Shown here: positions 27,011-41,200 of the stretch, piece after piece
How the letters are laid out: each line of letters starts with the position of its first letter
How positions within the stretch are numbered: the stretch's first letter is position 1
Assembly: GCA_030141605.1 (NCBI GenBank)
Contig: JAQGDQ010000200.1
Location: 124,001 to 188,000 of the forward strand
DNA length: 64,000 bases
Source: Tubiluchus corallicola
Taxonomy: Eukaryota > Animalia > Priapulida
Direction: 5' to 3'
Made by a program: the position numbers and the translations under genes
Notes under the pieces: generated by a model
The model's database searches: none
Seen by the model: only the letters and a program-made list of their open reading frames with translations
Told to the model about the DNA's origin: nothing

Positions 27011-27578
27011 AGGAAAACAGGATGATTTTTCAGTTGCTATCCTAAGCTCGATGGAAAGTATACATTTTAACACAATTAATACTTAAAAGTGTTTCTCATA
27101 ATTAAATAATAGATTAAAAACTTAATTAACCGCGGGCGAGCACAATTATTGATGACATCACAAACTAATACAAGTTTCAACAGCAAAAATATTCCACGAG
27201 TGTGTTGCACGTGTTTGCGAAAGCGAAAATTGAAGTACAGTTTTAAGATAAAAATTCAAATTTCAAATTTTCCACTGTGCTCACGCATGACTTGTCGAAC
27301 GTGTCTAGTTCATCACAAACCAACACATCTGGACTGTGAGGTACAGTATCTGTTTTTGTGCAATGCGTTTGCGAAATGCAGGCACTAGTGCCCGTCTAAC
27401 TAGTGAAAGGCGAAATGCATGTAGTAGCGAATAACTAGTGGCGCGAACATGAATTTGTGTTTGTGTGGTAATAATTCTTTCACGTAAGTTATTTTTGAAA
27501 AAAACAGTATGTTTCCTTTCTGTATATTAAAGGACATATTGTTTTGACCTACAGTTTAAGATTGGGTCCGGTTTTGCT
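27011..27578 (+). mobile_element. Kolobok-like MITE, copy B
   Basis: TTAA|AGGAAAACAGGA...TCCGGTTTTGCT; collinear with 7642-8250 apart from one internal indel. Confidence 0.75.
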
Positions 27579-28205
27579 TTATCTGCTTGACTGGATTATT
27601 TTCCCAGTGTGCATCACTGATTCACAAAAAACGCATTTTTAGTCTTATTGACAATATAAAGCAATATATACTTTTGCTTAGGCCTAGTTAGCGAAGTTTG
27701 TTCTACGAATGCTGTAATTGTTTTTTCAGACATTAGGCAGTGTCATCAAATGACATAGAATGCCCTTGTAGTATTTAAATTTTATTAAGAAATAATTAGG
27801 AAATAAAAATAAATATTAGGAGATTTCAAGGGCATTCAACGCGTTTTATACCATCTAAAAGGACTGCGCCTAATGGTCATCGCGGGAGTTTAAATTTATT
27901 AGTTTTACACAGCGTTACTGCTAATACAAGCACAAAGCGCAAAAAACAGTAAAAATGTGGTACAATATATTAAGAAGACTTTTTTTAGTTTTACATAAAC
28001 AAAGGATTTTCTTGTGCTTTCAACGTGCAATAAACGACAGAAATCGATGTTTTATCAAATTCAGCTAAACAGAAATTGTCCCAGACTGTTTTGAAATGTT
28101 TCCCATCTAAGCATGTTAAATAGGTCAAAAGCAAATCACAGGAACCTATTTTGCAATGTTCTAATAACTCTCTGTGTCATGGAAACATTTTTTGTTTTTA
28201 CTCAC

Positions 28206-28330
28206 CGCTGCATATTATAGCTTGTGGTTTGTTTGCAGAAAAGATGATGAAAACGTTGAAGACAAACGTACTAGACCTAGTTACAAATTCAGTTTTACCA
28301 AAGCAATTAAGGCTTGTTCGTAGAGACTGA
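28206..28330 (-). promoter_or_regulatory. Candidate non-coding first exon of the Src-family gene
   Basis: Initiator-like TCAGTC at 28330-28325 downstream of a long GA tract; strong donor GCG|GTGAGT at 28206. Confidence 0.4.
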
Positions 28331-28344
28331 GCATTAATCTGTAT

Positions 28345-28614
28345 TTCTCTATCGTTTTCCTTCTCTTTCTTTCTCCGTCTTCTTTCTTTCTTCGTTTTAC
28401 TTTCTTGGTTGTTCTCTTTCTCTTTCTTTTCTTTTTCTCCTTTCACTCGCTGTCTCCTCCTCTCTTTCTGCCCTTTCTCTTCTTTTTTCTTTCTCATTCA
28501 CACATTCTAGTTCCCCCTTCCCTCTTCTTCTTTCTTCTGTCCCCTCTCCTCTCTTTCTCGCGCTCTCTCTCCCCCATCTTTCTCTCGCTCTCTCCCTCTT
28601 CCCTCTCTCTTTCC

Positions 28615-28679
<65 letters not shown>

Positions 28680-28693
28680 GTGTGTGTGTGTGT
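28345..28693. repeat. Polypyrimidine/(CT)n plus (GT)n tract
   Basis: Direct inspection. Confidence 0.95.
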
Positions 28694-28765
28694 CTCTGCC
28701 TCTCTTGCACCAATGGGCTTGCAACAATCACCTGTTCTATCAGCTTGTCACGTACGTGTTCTTAC

Positions 28766-28905
28766 CTTCCTACGTGACTTGTGGTCTAAAATCACTGCTA
28801 AAAGGGAACGTACTCTCGTTTATATCTCGACAAAAATTTATCGCTCAAAGCGACATTGTTTGCACTTCCTACAATGGTTCTATTGTCATTTTTGTCATAA
28901 CTGAG
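28766..28905 (-). promoter_or_regulatory. Second candidate non-coding first exon of the Src-family gene
   Basis: TCAGTT near 28903; consensus donor AAG|GTAAGA at 28766. Confidence 0.35.
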
Positions 28906-29635
28906 AGAGTGACCTGCCCGCTTACAAGGCTGACCTTCTTGCACGGACAGTTTGAACACCGGCTTAGTTGTTTTGACAAAAAATTAAAGGTGGACTTGAA
29001 TGTACAGTTATTTGACTGTCCACGTGTGGTTAGTGTCCACAGGCCAACAAAGATTTTCTTTCGGTCGTCAAAGAGTAGAAGTTACTTATAAAAATTAATT
29101 ACCCTATTATCTATAAGGATATTTTATGTAGTTTATAATGATATTGTAAATTTTAAAGATTTTATGCAATTTAAAACACAAACTGCTTTTTTTGTGTGAG
29201 ATACGATGTAATACGAAATTTTATAATATAGAGAAGTATTTTACATACGAAAACGAAAAGATTATGGGAAAATATTTAGACTATCTGGATATAGACATGA
29301 ATATAGACTATTAAATATATCTGAATATATGAGCTTCAGCGCATCATTTGTGGATAAGGCCATATAATTGATTAACAGTGTTAGAAAAATTTTGAATGGT
29401 TCTTTATTGGAACCTGATCCGATGTGGTTTTGTTTCCTGAATGCAATGGTAAAGATAGTTTAACTTGTGAGTGAGATTGTATCATTGTAAAAATTAGAAA
29501 TACCACAACAAAGTTTCCAGAGTTAGTGGCAAAACTGTATAGGATAGTAAGGGCTAGTGTAAGGGTTAAATTTGGAAAATTTGTTATTGCTCATTAAAAA
29601 TTGATGGTGGTGAAGTACCTCCTGTAAAACTTAAA

Positions 29636-30106
29636 AGCAAAACCGGACCCCAATTTTAAACTGCAGGCCAAAACAATATACTCTTTAAAATATTGAAAGG
29701 AAACATACTATTTTTTCAAAAATGATTTACGTGAAAGAATTATTACTACACAAACACAATTTCACGTTCGCGCTACTAGTTCTTCGCTGTTACGTGTATT
29801 TCGCCATTCGCTGCTTAGACGGGCACTAGCGCCTGTATTTGGAAAAACGCTGCTCAAAAAAGGCTGTATCTCTTAGTTCAAATGTGTTAGTTTGTGACGA
29901 ACTGCACACATTCCACAGTTCATGCGTGGGCACAGTTTTGTTAGTTTGTGATGTCATCAATAGTTTTGCTCGCCCGCCGTTAATTAAGTTTTTAATCTAT
30001 TATTTAATTATGAGAAACGCTTTTTGCAGTATTAATTGTGTTAAAATGTATACTTTCTATCGGACTTGAAAATGGGGTAGTATATGAAAAATCATCCTGT
30101 CTTCCG
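29636..30106 (-). mobile_element. Kolobok-like MITE, copy C (internal deletion)
   Basis: Reverse complement of copy A: AGCAAAACCGGA...TCCTGTCTTCC. Confidence 0.7.
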
Positions 30107-30404
30107 TTAGACAGAATGAATACTAGATCGAGACCCTAGATAGATAGAAATTTGTTTTTCACATCCATACATTAAGATTGCATGTAAACTATGTCTCCAC
30201 AAAAGGCCAGCAGTTAGTAAGGTAAAATGGGATAATTTTAACTAAGTAAGTTAATCACTCAAATTATCCGTTGCAAAACCATGCATTAAAGCAATGGGAA
30301 TAAATTGCGATTCAAATTGATAGTTTCGAAATTTTTTTATCGAGTTCGACTCTCAAAAAATAAAACCACGAGCTTTCAAGACAAATCAGGACTTCTTATT
30401 AGGC

Positions 30405-30592
30405 AAATACTACTAAATACTGCTGAATACGAATGAATACTACTGAATACATTAAATACTACTGAATACTATTAAATACCATTGAATTCTACTGAATACT
30501 ACTGAATACTACTAAAAATACTACTGAATACTTCTAAATAGTACTAAAACTACTGAATACTACAAAATACTACTGAATACTACTGAATACTA
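30405..30592. repeat. 10-bp minisatellite (TACTGAATAC)n
   Basis: Direct inspection. Confidence 0.9.
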
Positions 30593-31679
30593 GTTGTGGA
30601 ACTTTGTTACCGAGGTGTATCAAAACCTCTAAAACGTTTTTGAACTTAAAGTTAGTTAAGCTCTGAATTTATCTGAAGAGCGAGTTCAAGTTAATGTCTT
30701 TGATTGTCATTTTGTGTGTGTCAGGGTGTCGAGACATTTGTGGGTGTGTCAGGGTGTAGAGACATTTGTGGGTAGCGAAAATATTGTAAAATTGTAGACC
30801 TTTGTCTCATCCTTTAACAATGTTTACATTCACTGTAAATTACGCTATCAAATTTTGCTCTTTAATAAATCAACTCTAGTGCAAATACTATAATCTTCTT
30901 AGCCAATAAAATTTATACCACAATGATTCACTATCATCTCAGATCAAACATGCTTTTGATTGCTCGTTAGCATAACAAAGAGCATTAATTCTAACCAGAA
31001 CTGATTTATATACTTTTGGCTCAGAATTTTTTCTTCAATCTTACCGTTAACTATAAATTTCAGCAAATTCCCGTAACTGTGATATCCGCATCGAACTGTT
31101 CAGTTTTGAAACACAAAAAGACTCGAATTACAAAATTCCTCATAAATTTCAGCACAAAATGCAAGTATCTAGATTCTCTCATTAGTCATCAGGTGGTCTA
31201 ACATCATTTGAAACACTGAGTGAGTAATTATCACTTGTGACAATAAGAGGTCACTGTTACAAGTCACATTTACAAAACGAAAAATCACTTCATAACAGTT
31301 TTTACGACACACAATCCCGAGTTTATTATTTGCACAAAATCATCAATAGTTCAATTGTTGTTATAACGTACAGCACCATTATACTGTAAGGCAACCGAAA
31401 ACCATAAAAAGTATCAATATTGTAGATACTATGGTTGCTACAGTGAGTATTACTCATGTTGAAATATAACACTGGGTAGTATAATAATGGTGGACGAAAC
31501 ACATACGGGTTTACTGATGCATGTAGTGGGTACTGACACCCACCGATACACCTGATTGTCTAAGGGAGCAAGCCCACTATATTGATTCCACCATAATTAC
31601 TTTGTCGTGCATTTTTAGAATAAACATTCCACGTATTTTCAACATCCATCCTTTGAAATGATAAAACGCGAATCTTCGC

Positions 31680-31827
31680 AGTGAGAGTTAAGACAGAATT
31701 AAGCCAGCAAGATTATTTTTTGATAGTTTCCGTGATTGCGTTAATGTACGATCCGCCATTGAAGTCACAGTTAGTCAGGTAATGCGGCCTTGCTATCCAG
31801 TCGTAAATTCTAAGCGTAACAAGTCAG
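31680..31827 (+). promoter_or_regulatory. Candidate ATRIP 5'UTR exon/promoter
   Basis: CpG-containing patch ending in consensus donor CAG|GTAAGT at 31827; matching acceptor ttcttag| at about 35208 just upstream of the ATRIP ATG. Start coordinate is approximate. Confidence 0.45.
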
Positions 31828-32018
31828 GTAAGTTGGCCCTTTGCAGGAGATACCTGAACGGGTGTCAAGAGTTCATTACGTACTTTGTGAAGCGCAGGCA
31901 AAAATTAGTCAATTAGTTTTCAAGAAAGTATAATTAGAATGTACAAAAAACACTGATAAATATAATCTTAATATTAAGATTAAGAAGGAGTTTACAATTC
32001 CCCATACAATTTTAAAAG

Positions 32019-32093
32019 CCTAACCTAACCCTAACCCTAACGCTATCCCTAACCCTAACCATAACCCAATCCTAACCCTAGCCCTAACCTTAA
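32019..32093 (-). repeat. Degenerate interstitial (TTAGGG)n, about 12 units
   Basis: CCCTAA units on the + strand, abutting the 3' end of the LINE remnant. Confidence 0.85.
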
Positions 32094-32095
32094 AT

Positions 32096-33925
32096 TTATC
32101 GACAGATGGTGCATTTACAGTACGGGATGAGAGTTTGTTCCGTGGATGGGTTACACGAGAAACAAAAAAATGACAACGATGTTGCTTCTGTTATATTCGA
32201 TGAATAGCTTGAAATCATGGCCTCGTACTTCTCTGTGTGATCTTGGAAGAAATCTTGTTCTTGTAAAACTGGGCGTCCTTTCACAATTTTATAAATATTG
32301 ACATGATCAGCAGTACGTTGGCATTGTTCCAAGTAGGCATCACTGCAGGGTTTGATCTGCATCGCGGAATAACCTGATACATATCTGTGTTGAGTTTTCT
32401 CTGATGCATCTTTCGGAGTTACATTCTGTGGTGGCCACACTACTGATGCAAATTCCAAAATAGGACGAACAACCATTTGTATAGAAGGACTAACATTTGG
32501 CTGATCTTAAAATGACACAACGTTCGATCATACCAATTCTACAATAACCTGAACTGTTTTATGATTAACATGGGTGTTCCACGTTAGGTCTTTGGATACG
32601 TAGATGCCTAAATCACGTACAAGCAACATTTACTACTCTTAAGTTGTATCAACCATTCAGTGCACAACTTTTGTAAAACAAATTGATCTAAATTGGTCGC
32701 CCGGATGGGGCTTAACTTCATACACAAATAAGTGGGTGCTTGTACCTGGAGGCATACAATTAGCAGATACAGAATGCAACAGTATGATTTGTAAAAATAA
32801 GAAAGCAATAAACGCCATCATAAGAGCCACTAAGGATACCTTGGGCATTCCATTAGCTACTGCTTGCCAGTTTGTAATTATGCCATTCATAGATTCCACG
32901 GATTCCTGAAAACTCCTTCTTGAGCAGTACCCATCATAGAGGCACAGAGAGGTTGAAATTCTAAAGTATAAAATATCAATACCAGGTAAAGATGGATTAT
33001 CAAAAAATTTAATCCATTCACTTGAGCAGAAAAATAAATTAGTTACAACAGACTGATTTGGTAAAGAGCCATTTTGGGTTTTGCAAATACGCTCACAACT
33101 GACAAGATAAGCTTTTAACTCATTGTACCAATCAATACTAGCTAAATAATCTAATTTATGGAAGGTTTTGTTATAATCTCTTCAAGGGTGATTAACCAGA
33201 TATGTATAGTTGCTTTTCATAGAAAGAAATGCACAGAAGAAAATACTAGTGTCATGGTCACTAGAAGAAAACCTAGACTTGACAGACAATAAATTTAAAC
33301 GATCTAGACAGTTTAGTTTGACAATGAAATTGTTCAAGAAAGTTTCTGTTTCTAGTGGGGAAATAACATGTTGCGTAAGAGGATTATCATGTAGAATTTC
33401 TAAGAAGAAAAGGTCTAGAGAGCTATGTGGAACTGGATCAGGCCATATCAGGTTTGGAGTATTAAAATCACCACAAACAATAGTATCAGTGTCAACAACA
33501 TGTAGTTTAATAGCACGTTTGATTTTGCTGAGAATAAAAATATCTAAAGCACCAAAAGTACTAATATAGTTTAAGTTACAGGAACGATGAACACAAAACA
33601 GTGAAACTGTGACCGTGTAAACAAACAAAGAAAAATGCGAGTTATAAAAAATAGAACCTCTAGCAGTGGTAGGAAAAATATTATGCCTTTCACGCCTAAT
33701 AACAGCATAAGCTAGAAGACAAATTGCCTCATTAGTAAATTCTTCAGTTAGAAACATTTCACAAATACAACTAAAACCTGGATTTTCAGGAATAACTAAA
33801 CTAAAAATATCAGCTAACTTATTTATTAGACCATTGCAATTAAAAACAAAACCAGTAATTGTATTTTTATTAAATGAAGCTTGAGTGTTACCAATTTTGA
33901 TCACAGGGCGCTTTACAATTGTCAT
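32096..33925 (-). mobile_element. Decayed non-LTR retrotransposon (CR1/L2/Jockey-group-like) ORF2: AP endonuclease plus RT remnants
   Basis: FNCNGLINK, ICEMFL, IVCGDFNTP and SDHD endonuclease motifs (33182-33925); WQAVANGMPK and VRPILEFASVVWPP RT-region motifs; multiple frameshifts and deletions. Confidence 0.85.
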
Positions 33926-35233
33926 TCTAGCTTCTTAAAGAGGAATGCAGAGTCACAGCCCGATATGGCAGTTTATCTGGGCTGACTACAATTCAGTTCA
34001 ATTCAGCTTTATTTTCTCAATATGCGCATGACATTTTTTAGATGTTTTTATACAAAAAAACATTATAGTATTAAAAATAGATTTCGTATTAAATTATATA
34101 CTAAGTAGCAGAGATGTTTATTTAATCTAGCCAAATTTTTAAAGGGCGGAAGAATAGTAAGCGAGAATTTCTTAAGAATTGAATACGAGGTTACATTTTG
34201 AATAATAATAACAGTTATACTATATGCATAAATTTATGGTAAAACAGAAACACTAATGTCAAGATGCAATACAAAAAATCAATAAATATATCTCATATCA
34301 AATGAAAGCAAAAAGCAAACAAAATTCTTCCGCAATTCAACTCAAAGTAAAAAGAAGTTATCACAAGCAAATGCAACAAAATTCAACTCAAAGCAAAAAT
34401 GCAATTCAAAGCATAACATCAAGCAAAAAATTAATCAACAGAGCTTGAAGCTGATTTATGGGTTTAAGACGCTCTGAGAATGGTGTCAAGCTACAGTCTA
34501 TACTGGTAGTAGTATGATTAGTTGGCATATATACATTAGTTTGGTTACTATCTTTAGGCTCACTGCACCTAGTCATCTTGTGACATTTGGCAAGGCGATT
34601 ATGTATGTCATCTACACAAGCCAAACAGGAGCTAGTTTTGTTTTCAGTGGTGTCAACACGACCTTGACGATTTGGTGATTTGCTGACAGCAATAGTAACA
34701 TCATTCTTGGTTTTTAGTGTAGAAATGACTTTTTAATGTTTTTCCAATGATACATGAGAATACTGATAAAGTATAAATGATTCTTTCCTGAACCAGTTTA
34801 GACTTCCAAGCATTGTTAATTATTTATACCCTTAATGTCAAAATTATTGTGAGTGTTAGTAAAAATCCACAATTAATTAAATTTGAATCCATACTTGAAA
34901 CACAGAAAACATGATTTATTTCATCTGTCATGATTGCTGAAGAACAGAGTATCCTAGCAGTTATAGCATCTACCTTGTAAGGTTTAACTTTTTCACGTTT
35001 CCTGTTTTTCAAGTTTGGTTTTATATTTAATTAATTGTTGGTTTATACCATCATTCCAGACATTATTACTGCTCACAGCATGATAAAAATGTTAGTTTGT
35101 ACACAGATGTACACGGGTGCAACTTAAAAGCTTGTTAAGTAGGAAGAGTAAGACTATTTTTGTTTTAGGGTCTGTATACTGCAGGATGTGTTTAATGTAA
35201 ATTCTTAGCAATTCTCTAAACACTTGATTCAAA

Positions 35234-38200
35234 ATGGCTGATTGGGGCAATGACGATGATTTTGAAAATGAGGAATTGTTAACCCAGTGTGATCAACTGG
35301 CTTCTCAAGTCATGATGGAAGCACATCAAAATGAGCCTCAGAATGTGCCACCAGGTCAGCTTACAACGGTAATCAATAAGCTTACACTGCATTGTTGGCT
35401 AGTTGTAGTTTCATGAGTGCCTAAAAATACCATTGTTGGAGTAATTGAGATAAACTTTCGACACATTTGACTTTAGTGTTTTACATCTTTTATTATAAAT
35501 TTTTAAATACTACAACAAGTAAATAATACTACAACACTGGGAACAGAGTTTTGGTACTTATGAAAACACTAGGCTGTTTTCATAAACTGTGTAATATGAC
35601 TGTATGCCAATATTTTAAAATACTAGTGCGAAATGTGAATCACTGAGTTACTCTCTTATTGATTCTTTCTGTCTAGCTGCCTGGTATGTGGCTTACAATG
35701 CCATTTGTTGTTGCTAGGAACAAATTGTTACTAATTTTTTAGTACCGTGGAAGAAAAGCAATATACACAATCTTTGTAAGCTGCTGTAAAATTGATCTTC
35801 AAATGAGTTGTGAGAATGGCAATTGTTTGGTCAGCATTGGTGATCATCTGCAGCTTGCATTGCAGACAATATTATAGTAATTTAGAAAATATTTTCCTTG
35901 TTAGCATGGCTTGTGTAGAAGCTAATATTTATTTCGTATTCTTTAAATTTAGTGAGTCATGCAATAAAGCATACCAAAAACAGGCATGCAAAACAACAAT
36001 TAATCTCACACATAATATTATCACTTAAAAAAGGGTAAATAAAAATTTCAATTCGAAAAGTTCGAATTTGATTGCTGGTAGTGTTTGCTCAGCTTTATTA
36101 AATTGAAGATTAGGGATCTAGATCAGGAATGATTGAAAGAATTCATCGGTGTGAGTCTACTATGAAGGCTTTTTTATAAAGCTGATCAAGCACATTAAAT
36201 ACGAAGTTGGTTTGAAGAGTACTGATAAGCACTGTACAAATTAAGAAATGTACACTGCTTGTTTTAAGTGGTGCTTGCTGTTTACTTTCATTGATTTAAG
36301 TAGAGTTAATGAATAATAAAATCATTTAGTAGGGATGCAGTAAGTACAGTAATATTTGACACTCAGTAGTGATGGCTGATGGTAATATTACAACTTTGGT
36401 TACATAAATTTTGTAAATGATAAACTGTAAATTGATGTGGATGTAAGTTGATGCAGCTGGACTTTTTGTTAAAATTGCCGACAAAAAAATATTTTTTCTA
36501 TTTGAATTTTGTTATTTGAAATTTAGTTTAGAATACCTGAATCAAGGTCAGGAGCCACTGTGACAGCAAGCTCTAGTGGCATGGGCCCTTCCTCTAGTGG
36601 CACCTTCAGGGATATTCTGCAAGAGTTGCAGACAAGCAAGACGGAGGTTGAGCGTCAGAAACAAGAAGTAAAAAGTTTCAGTAAAGTGTTGTTTATTTTT
36701 TTATTTTAGTAGTTTATTTTGTTATATTTGAATTTCTTTGACTAACTGTAGACAAACTAGAAATGGCCCACAAATACGGATCATTATAATCTATAATGCG
36801 CAAACGTTCCTCATAGTGCCTTCTATGCACTTTGATAGCTATTTAGCAATAAGAAGTTAACAAGTAGTGTAGTACGAAATAAGTCTCCATTGCAGAATTT
36901 TGAACTTATTCCGTTTGCTAGTGATTCTGCGCAGTTCAAGGCTAACGTGAGAGTAACTAATGACTCTAGTCACTGCAAATTGCCAAGAGAGTTCTGCTAC
37001 TCAAGTAATGCTCGATATGCTCAGTTTTAATCATGCGTTATTATTGTTCATTACTTCACTTTGACTTTAGAACCATGCACATAAATGCTACCATAGTCAA
37101 AACTGTATAAGTTTTTAGTTATTTTAAAAGCTGCTTAAAATGGTTTCCAGCTTTTAATAAGTCCACTTGTGTAACGGCTATTACCTTTGTTTAATTTTTA
37201 AATTGTAACTGTCTAATAATGGTTGTACAAAGAGTTGATAGCATTGCGTGTAATATAGTTAAAAACACCTTTCACAAGTATTGCTTTTTGAACTCACTGA
37301 ATAAGCAGAACAAAATTTATTTACCTTATCTACTCTGAAAGGTGCTTGTCTAAAGTAGATATTATAGTATTTTCTTGTTGTTTGAATTGTGTCATTTTGT
37401 TTTAATATTCTATGCCAAACTATGTAATCATACATACATGTAGGTAATCATACAAATTTGTATCTTCATGAGATACTCATAACTTCATTGTAGCAAACTA
37501 ATTGAATGGTGTATTTTTTATGCTAACTTCACTTTTATTTTGAGGTTTTCCTTGCAGCAAAAGCAATTTGCTTTCAGAAATTTTCAGTGTTTTAATTACT
37601 GTCTTATATGATAGCGGTATCATTTTTCTCAACTTATTTTAGTTTTAGTCTATTTTATTCGTGTTTTAGATGAAATAGTTTTGAATATTTCCAAAATAAT
37701 TTTGCTATTTATATTACAAAAGATACAAAATATGAAGAAGCAACAGTATGAAAAAGAAGGTGAAACGCAGATACTGAGAGACCAGCTACAGAAGCTACAA
37801 ACTGATTTGACTACAGCTAGACAAGTTTGTATGATAGGACGTGGATCTCAGGTGATGAAAAGAAGTTAATTAAATACCTGTAATTAATTAGCTTATTAAC
37901 AAATAGGTTGTTGAAAAATTTTGGTTTTGAACCAATGACATGCTAGCTAATCCACCTGCCAAATTTCAACTCATTTGAATAAGCACTTTTGGAGTTGAAA
38001 AATGTGTTATTGCATAGTGAGTGAGTACTGGAATAAAGGGAGTCAACACATTTTTTCTAGAACCCAAACTGACGCTAGGGAACGACAGACGTCAAGACAA
38101 CAACATGCCAATACAATACAGAGTCATTCATAGTAGGATTATTATTTTTCTATCGCTTTTTCTGTGCCCTTAAATCTGGTCAGGTGCAGCCAGATGCTTT

Positions 38201-41200
38201 ACATCACATAAATTACAATACAGCAAAAATTGAACACCTTTCGCAAGGCCGCGAACCCACCTAGCAATATTCCAAATATTGTGGCCGGAGCTCAAAAACC
38301 ATGGGAGTAGATGGATAATAAAGAAAAATAAATGAAGATTTGCTCACTCCGTGACCTTTGACCAGGCAACTGGGTCACATCTATACATAGATAACTTTGT
38401 CCAGTGAGTGTACCATGTGAGTTTGTGTCCCTAGCCCTCAGTATGTAAAATGTCACCAGTTGGGGGAACTCCAAATTTTGCATTTTGGCCCTTTCCTCAG
38501 GCATTTAAAACTTGCCAGCTTTTTAAAACCCCAGCTCCTCAGTGCCCAAATACTTGTGAAAAAAATTGGAAAAAACCGAAAACCCTAGGAGGAGATGTGA
38601 CCTAAAGGAAAAACTGACCGACACCCACTGCCCTTCCCCCTTGACCAGTGGTTACTGGTCACCACACTGGTCCCAAGGCAAAACTTGCAAATCAAAATTC
38701 GTAGGGCAAGCATGTCCAAAAACGATTTTTAGGCTGGTGTTGATGTTTCTGTAACACATTCTTTCTACAAATCATGCCATACTTTTTTCTAGATGACCAA
38801 GTAACCTCACTTTGCAGTTAAGAGATTCTTTTACTTGTTTTTGAGATTCATAAAAGTAAAAATCAAGAATTTATTTTCATATATTTTTAATATATTTATT
38901 TTCATATATATGTTTAATATATTTGGATTATTATTATTGTCTGGCAGGAGTATCATGAATTGGAGCAAAAACTTGAAAGCACCAGGACAGAATTGCAATT
39001 CAAGAACCAAGAAGTTTGCAAACTACAAGAGAAAGTTCATAGCTATGAGCAGAAGATGAAAACGGCAGCTGTTAAACCTGCTTCTTCTGGTACATGTTTA
39101 TTCTTGTAGTTTATACAGGTAGCTTGTCAGTTGTCAGTACTTTTTTATGTACTAATATTCTCAACAAAGTCTGTGGTCTCAGGCTCAGAAGCTAAAATGG
39201 CATCTAACAATTTTCATTGACAGACTTGAACAATAGAAGACCTGCTTGCTTTTGCCATTATTTAATAATTTACTTACTGTGTTATTTAATGCCCTTTGCT
39301 GGAATATCTGCTGTATGCATTCGTTTTGAGCTCTAGTCACACTTCCTTTCATCTAATGTGTAAAAGGTAAATTGTTTTTGTTTTATTATCTATTTGAAAT
39401 GGTATTTATTAGTTTGAATAGCCTAGATGTTTAATATAATATTTTTGTTGTGGTTAGATTTATAAAAACAAATTTACCTGTATATGTTAAAAGTGATAAG
39501 TCCGTAACTTCTGCAGGTCAAGCGATCGCAGGAAAAAAGCGGAAAGTGTCGCATCCAGAAACTGATATGCCTCCTGTTTCTACTTTGGAAAGGGGTGATG
39601 GACGTGGTGTGTTTCCCAGCAGTCGATCCTTTCACTTTACAACTGAAATCACATCTGGCTATAGCAAATTAAAGCCAGGTAAGTGTTCACTTGTTGGTAG
39701 GCAAGTGAGAACTGATGCCTTTTTTGGAGATAATTGTAGAGTGTTTTTGTTTATATTCAAGAACTTGTTAAGCTTGTGTTTGTATACATAGATTTGACGT
39801 AAAAGAAAACACTGAAAATTTTAAATAATCTAATATTTTGGTAGTATATGTACAGTTGTTTATTTTAACTCGTAAGCATATTAAACTTGTTTGTAATTTG
39901 TATATATATAATTGTACATGTATAGTATAATGCTTTGAATGAAAAGCATGAGTTCTTTTAGTTTGCATGATTATAGTAAATTTTGGCTCTTGGCAGTAAC
40001 TGTGGTATGAACTGTCACTTCAGTTTTCTACAATTTTGAATGCTAGTATATTATTACCTTTATTTTTTTGAGTAAGCAGCATATGATTTCAACTTATGCT
40101 TTGTAAAGTAGTTGTACTAGTAATTTGAAAGAAAACATCAAAACATTTTCGCATTTGTTGATTATATTCTGTAGCCTACAAAAATATATATTGATTCCCC
40201 CGTAGGCTACAGTATTTCAGACATTGTGAGGTCTATTCTAGTCCATGCCTTACAGAGTATTAGCAATATATTTTATCTAGTGTGTGAAAACATTGAAAAA
40301 AATCCATGTTTATGTTACTGCTAGCTTTAGTTACTTGACTGATACAACAAATGTAAATCTTATTTCAGTAGACTACCCATGCTCTATATGGGATTCCAAT
40401 ATGAAATTTTTGGAAAATTTTGGATTATTTGGAAAAATTGCAGAAATTGTGTTCAGGCAGAAGTTGACTATTATAATTAATGTTTTTTACACTTGCATTG
40501 TTTTATGGTTAGCAATGATCACTGAAGCTTCTACTTCTACATCTACTGATCTACCTCAAAATGCATTCCAGAAGAACACAGAAACTTGCTTGAATGAATG
40601 TCAAGGTAAGGATTACATGTCAGGTTTTTTTGACGGATTTATTTTCAGTCACGAGCTGAAAATTGTCAAACCATCAAATGTATAAGTAACAAAAAAAGTT
40701 TTACGTAGATTTATATTATAACAAGAAAAGATTGTTCTCTTGTTACGGATACTCAACATGTATGAGACTGTGTGTGAATGTTTAACTGCACTTTCTTTTG
40801 CAGGTTGCACTGTTTTAATGTCCTTATTAATGCCCCATCCTTTGGCTCTCCATGGAGTCCTTAGCATATTTGATGGAAGCTTATATTCTGTTTCATCATT
40901 AGCAAGTAGCGTGTCTAGACTAGTTTCACCTGATGGCAAATATGGGTAATTTTTCACTTTTAATTGTTGTTTGTCTGCTGTGGTATGTGTTTACTTAGTC
41001 ACTAGTTTTCTCATAAATGGAAAATTGTGACTATGTAAACAAAATTGTTGAAATGAATGGGCATTTGGTTTGTCAGTATTAGACTATTAGGCGGCATTTC
41101 TTAGATAGAAATTTTCTTTGGTTACAGCAGTAACTTTTGACTTCGTTGTTAGGTGTTGTTTATTGATGCCAATAAGTTTTTTTAAATCTGATAATTAATC

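Noticed and set aside
28198-28731. ER/KE-rich and SL-rich ORFs
   Set aside because: Translations of the (CT)n/polypyrimidine tract.
31484-31597. Nested inverted repeats with GACGAAAC...CTGATG resembling a hammerhead
   Set aside because: Core reads CTGATGC rather than CTGANGA and there is no stem I; only short inverted repeats remain.
33210-33569. 119-aa plus-strand ORF
   Set aside because: Antisense shadow of the LINE endonuclease region.
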